Source: Candidatus Woesearchaeota archaeon
GTDB lineage: Archaea; Nanobdellota; Nanobdellia; Pacearchaeales; GW2011-AR1
NCBI GenBank assembly: GCA_964635935.1
Contig: CAZWNN010000002.1
Span: 1 to 40,850, forward strand
Direction of reading: 5' to 3'
Length of the DNA: 40,850 nt
In this document: positions 40,799 to 40,850 of the stretch, one piece after another
How the letters are laid out: each line of letters begins with the position of its first letter
How positions within the stretch are numbered: position 1 is the stretch's first letter
Notes under the pieces: model-generated
Database searches by the model: none
Told to the model about the DNA's origin: nothing
Seen by the model: the letters and a program-made list of their open reading frames with translations, nothing else
Position numbers and translations under genes: made by a program

Positions 40799-40850
40799 GT
40801 TCTCTTTTATTTTTATTGTTATTTTGTGTTTTTATATGTTTTTAGTGGAG

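Noticed and set aside
1-40850. tRNA, rRNA, RNase P or SRP RNA genes
   Set aside because: I saw no T-loop (GGTTCGAATC-like) or cloverleaf candidates and no conserved RNase P or SRP core motifs. A proper tRNAscan/Infernal run could still find something I missed.

Overview
AT-rich archaeal chromosome segment. The gene content (MCM, aRF1, RadB, Rpo11/RpoL, Mre11-Rad50, type IA topoisomerase, ValRS, ScpB, RNase J) and compact layout suggest a small-genome DPANN-type archaeon; that placement is inference. Housekeeping genes are interleaved with many short orphan ORFs, one IS element, a MazEF-like toxin-antitoxin pair and several families of modular intergenic repeats. The standout is a complete diversity-generating retroelement (DGR) on the minus strand at about 35.9-38.7 kb. 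It has a DGR-type reverse transcriptase (YVDD, LGNLTSQ) and an 83-nt template repeat (TR, 36953..37035). Two tandem paralogous target genes each carry a 3'-terminal variable repeat (VR1 37258..37340, VR2 38018..38100). The VRs differ from the TR only at template adenines: 17 and 13 substitutions in the 79-nt core, none at other bases. Each VR is followed at identical spacing by a GC-rich hairpin. No Avd-like ORF is visible, and a HemK/Mtq2-type NPPY methyltransferase starts 1 nt after the RT stop. Secondary observations are listed here. (1) A four-copy hairpin element has fully compensatory stem changes. (2) Hairpin-mosaic and nested repeat families sit next to most orphan genes. (3) A 288-bp insertion duplicated the 3' end of topA. 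(4) An IS481-like IS has a 14-bp target duplication and an in-frame TAG. (5) A type-1 IDI is fused to a polyprenyl synthase, next to a degenerate paralog. (6) A 0.9-kaa cysteine-rich dockerin-bearing surface protein is present. (7) A recurrent CACAAC box abuts TATA-like elements. I recognised no tRNA, rRNA or CRISPR array. All family calls are by-eye motif recognition and no searches were run.
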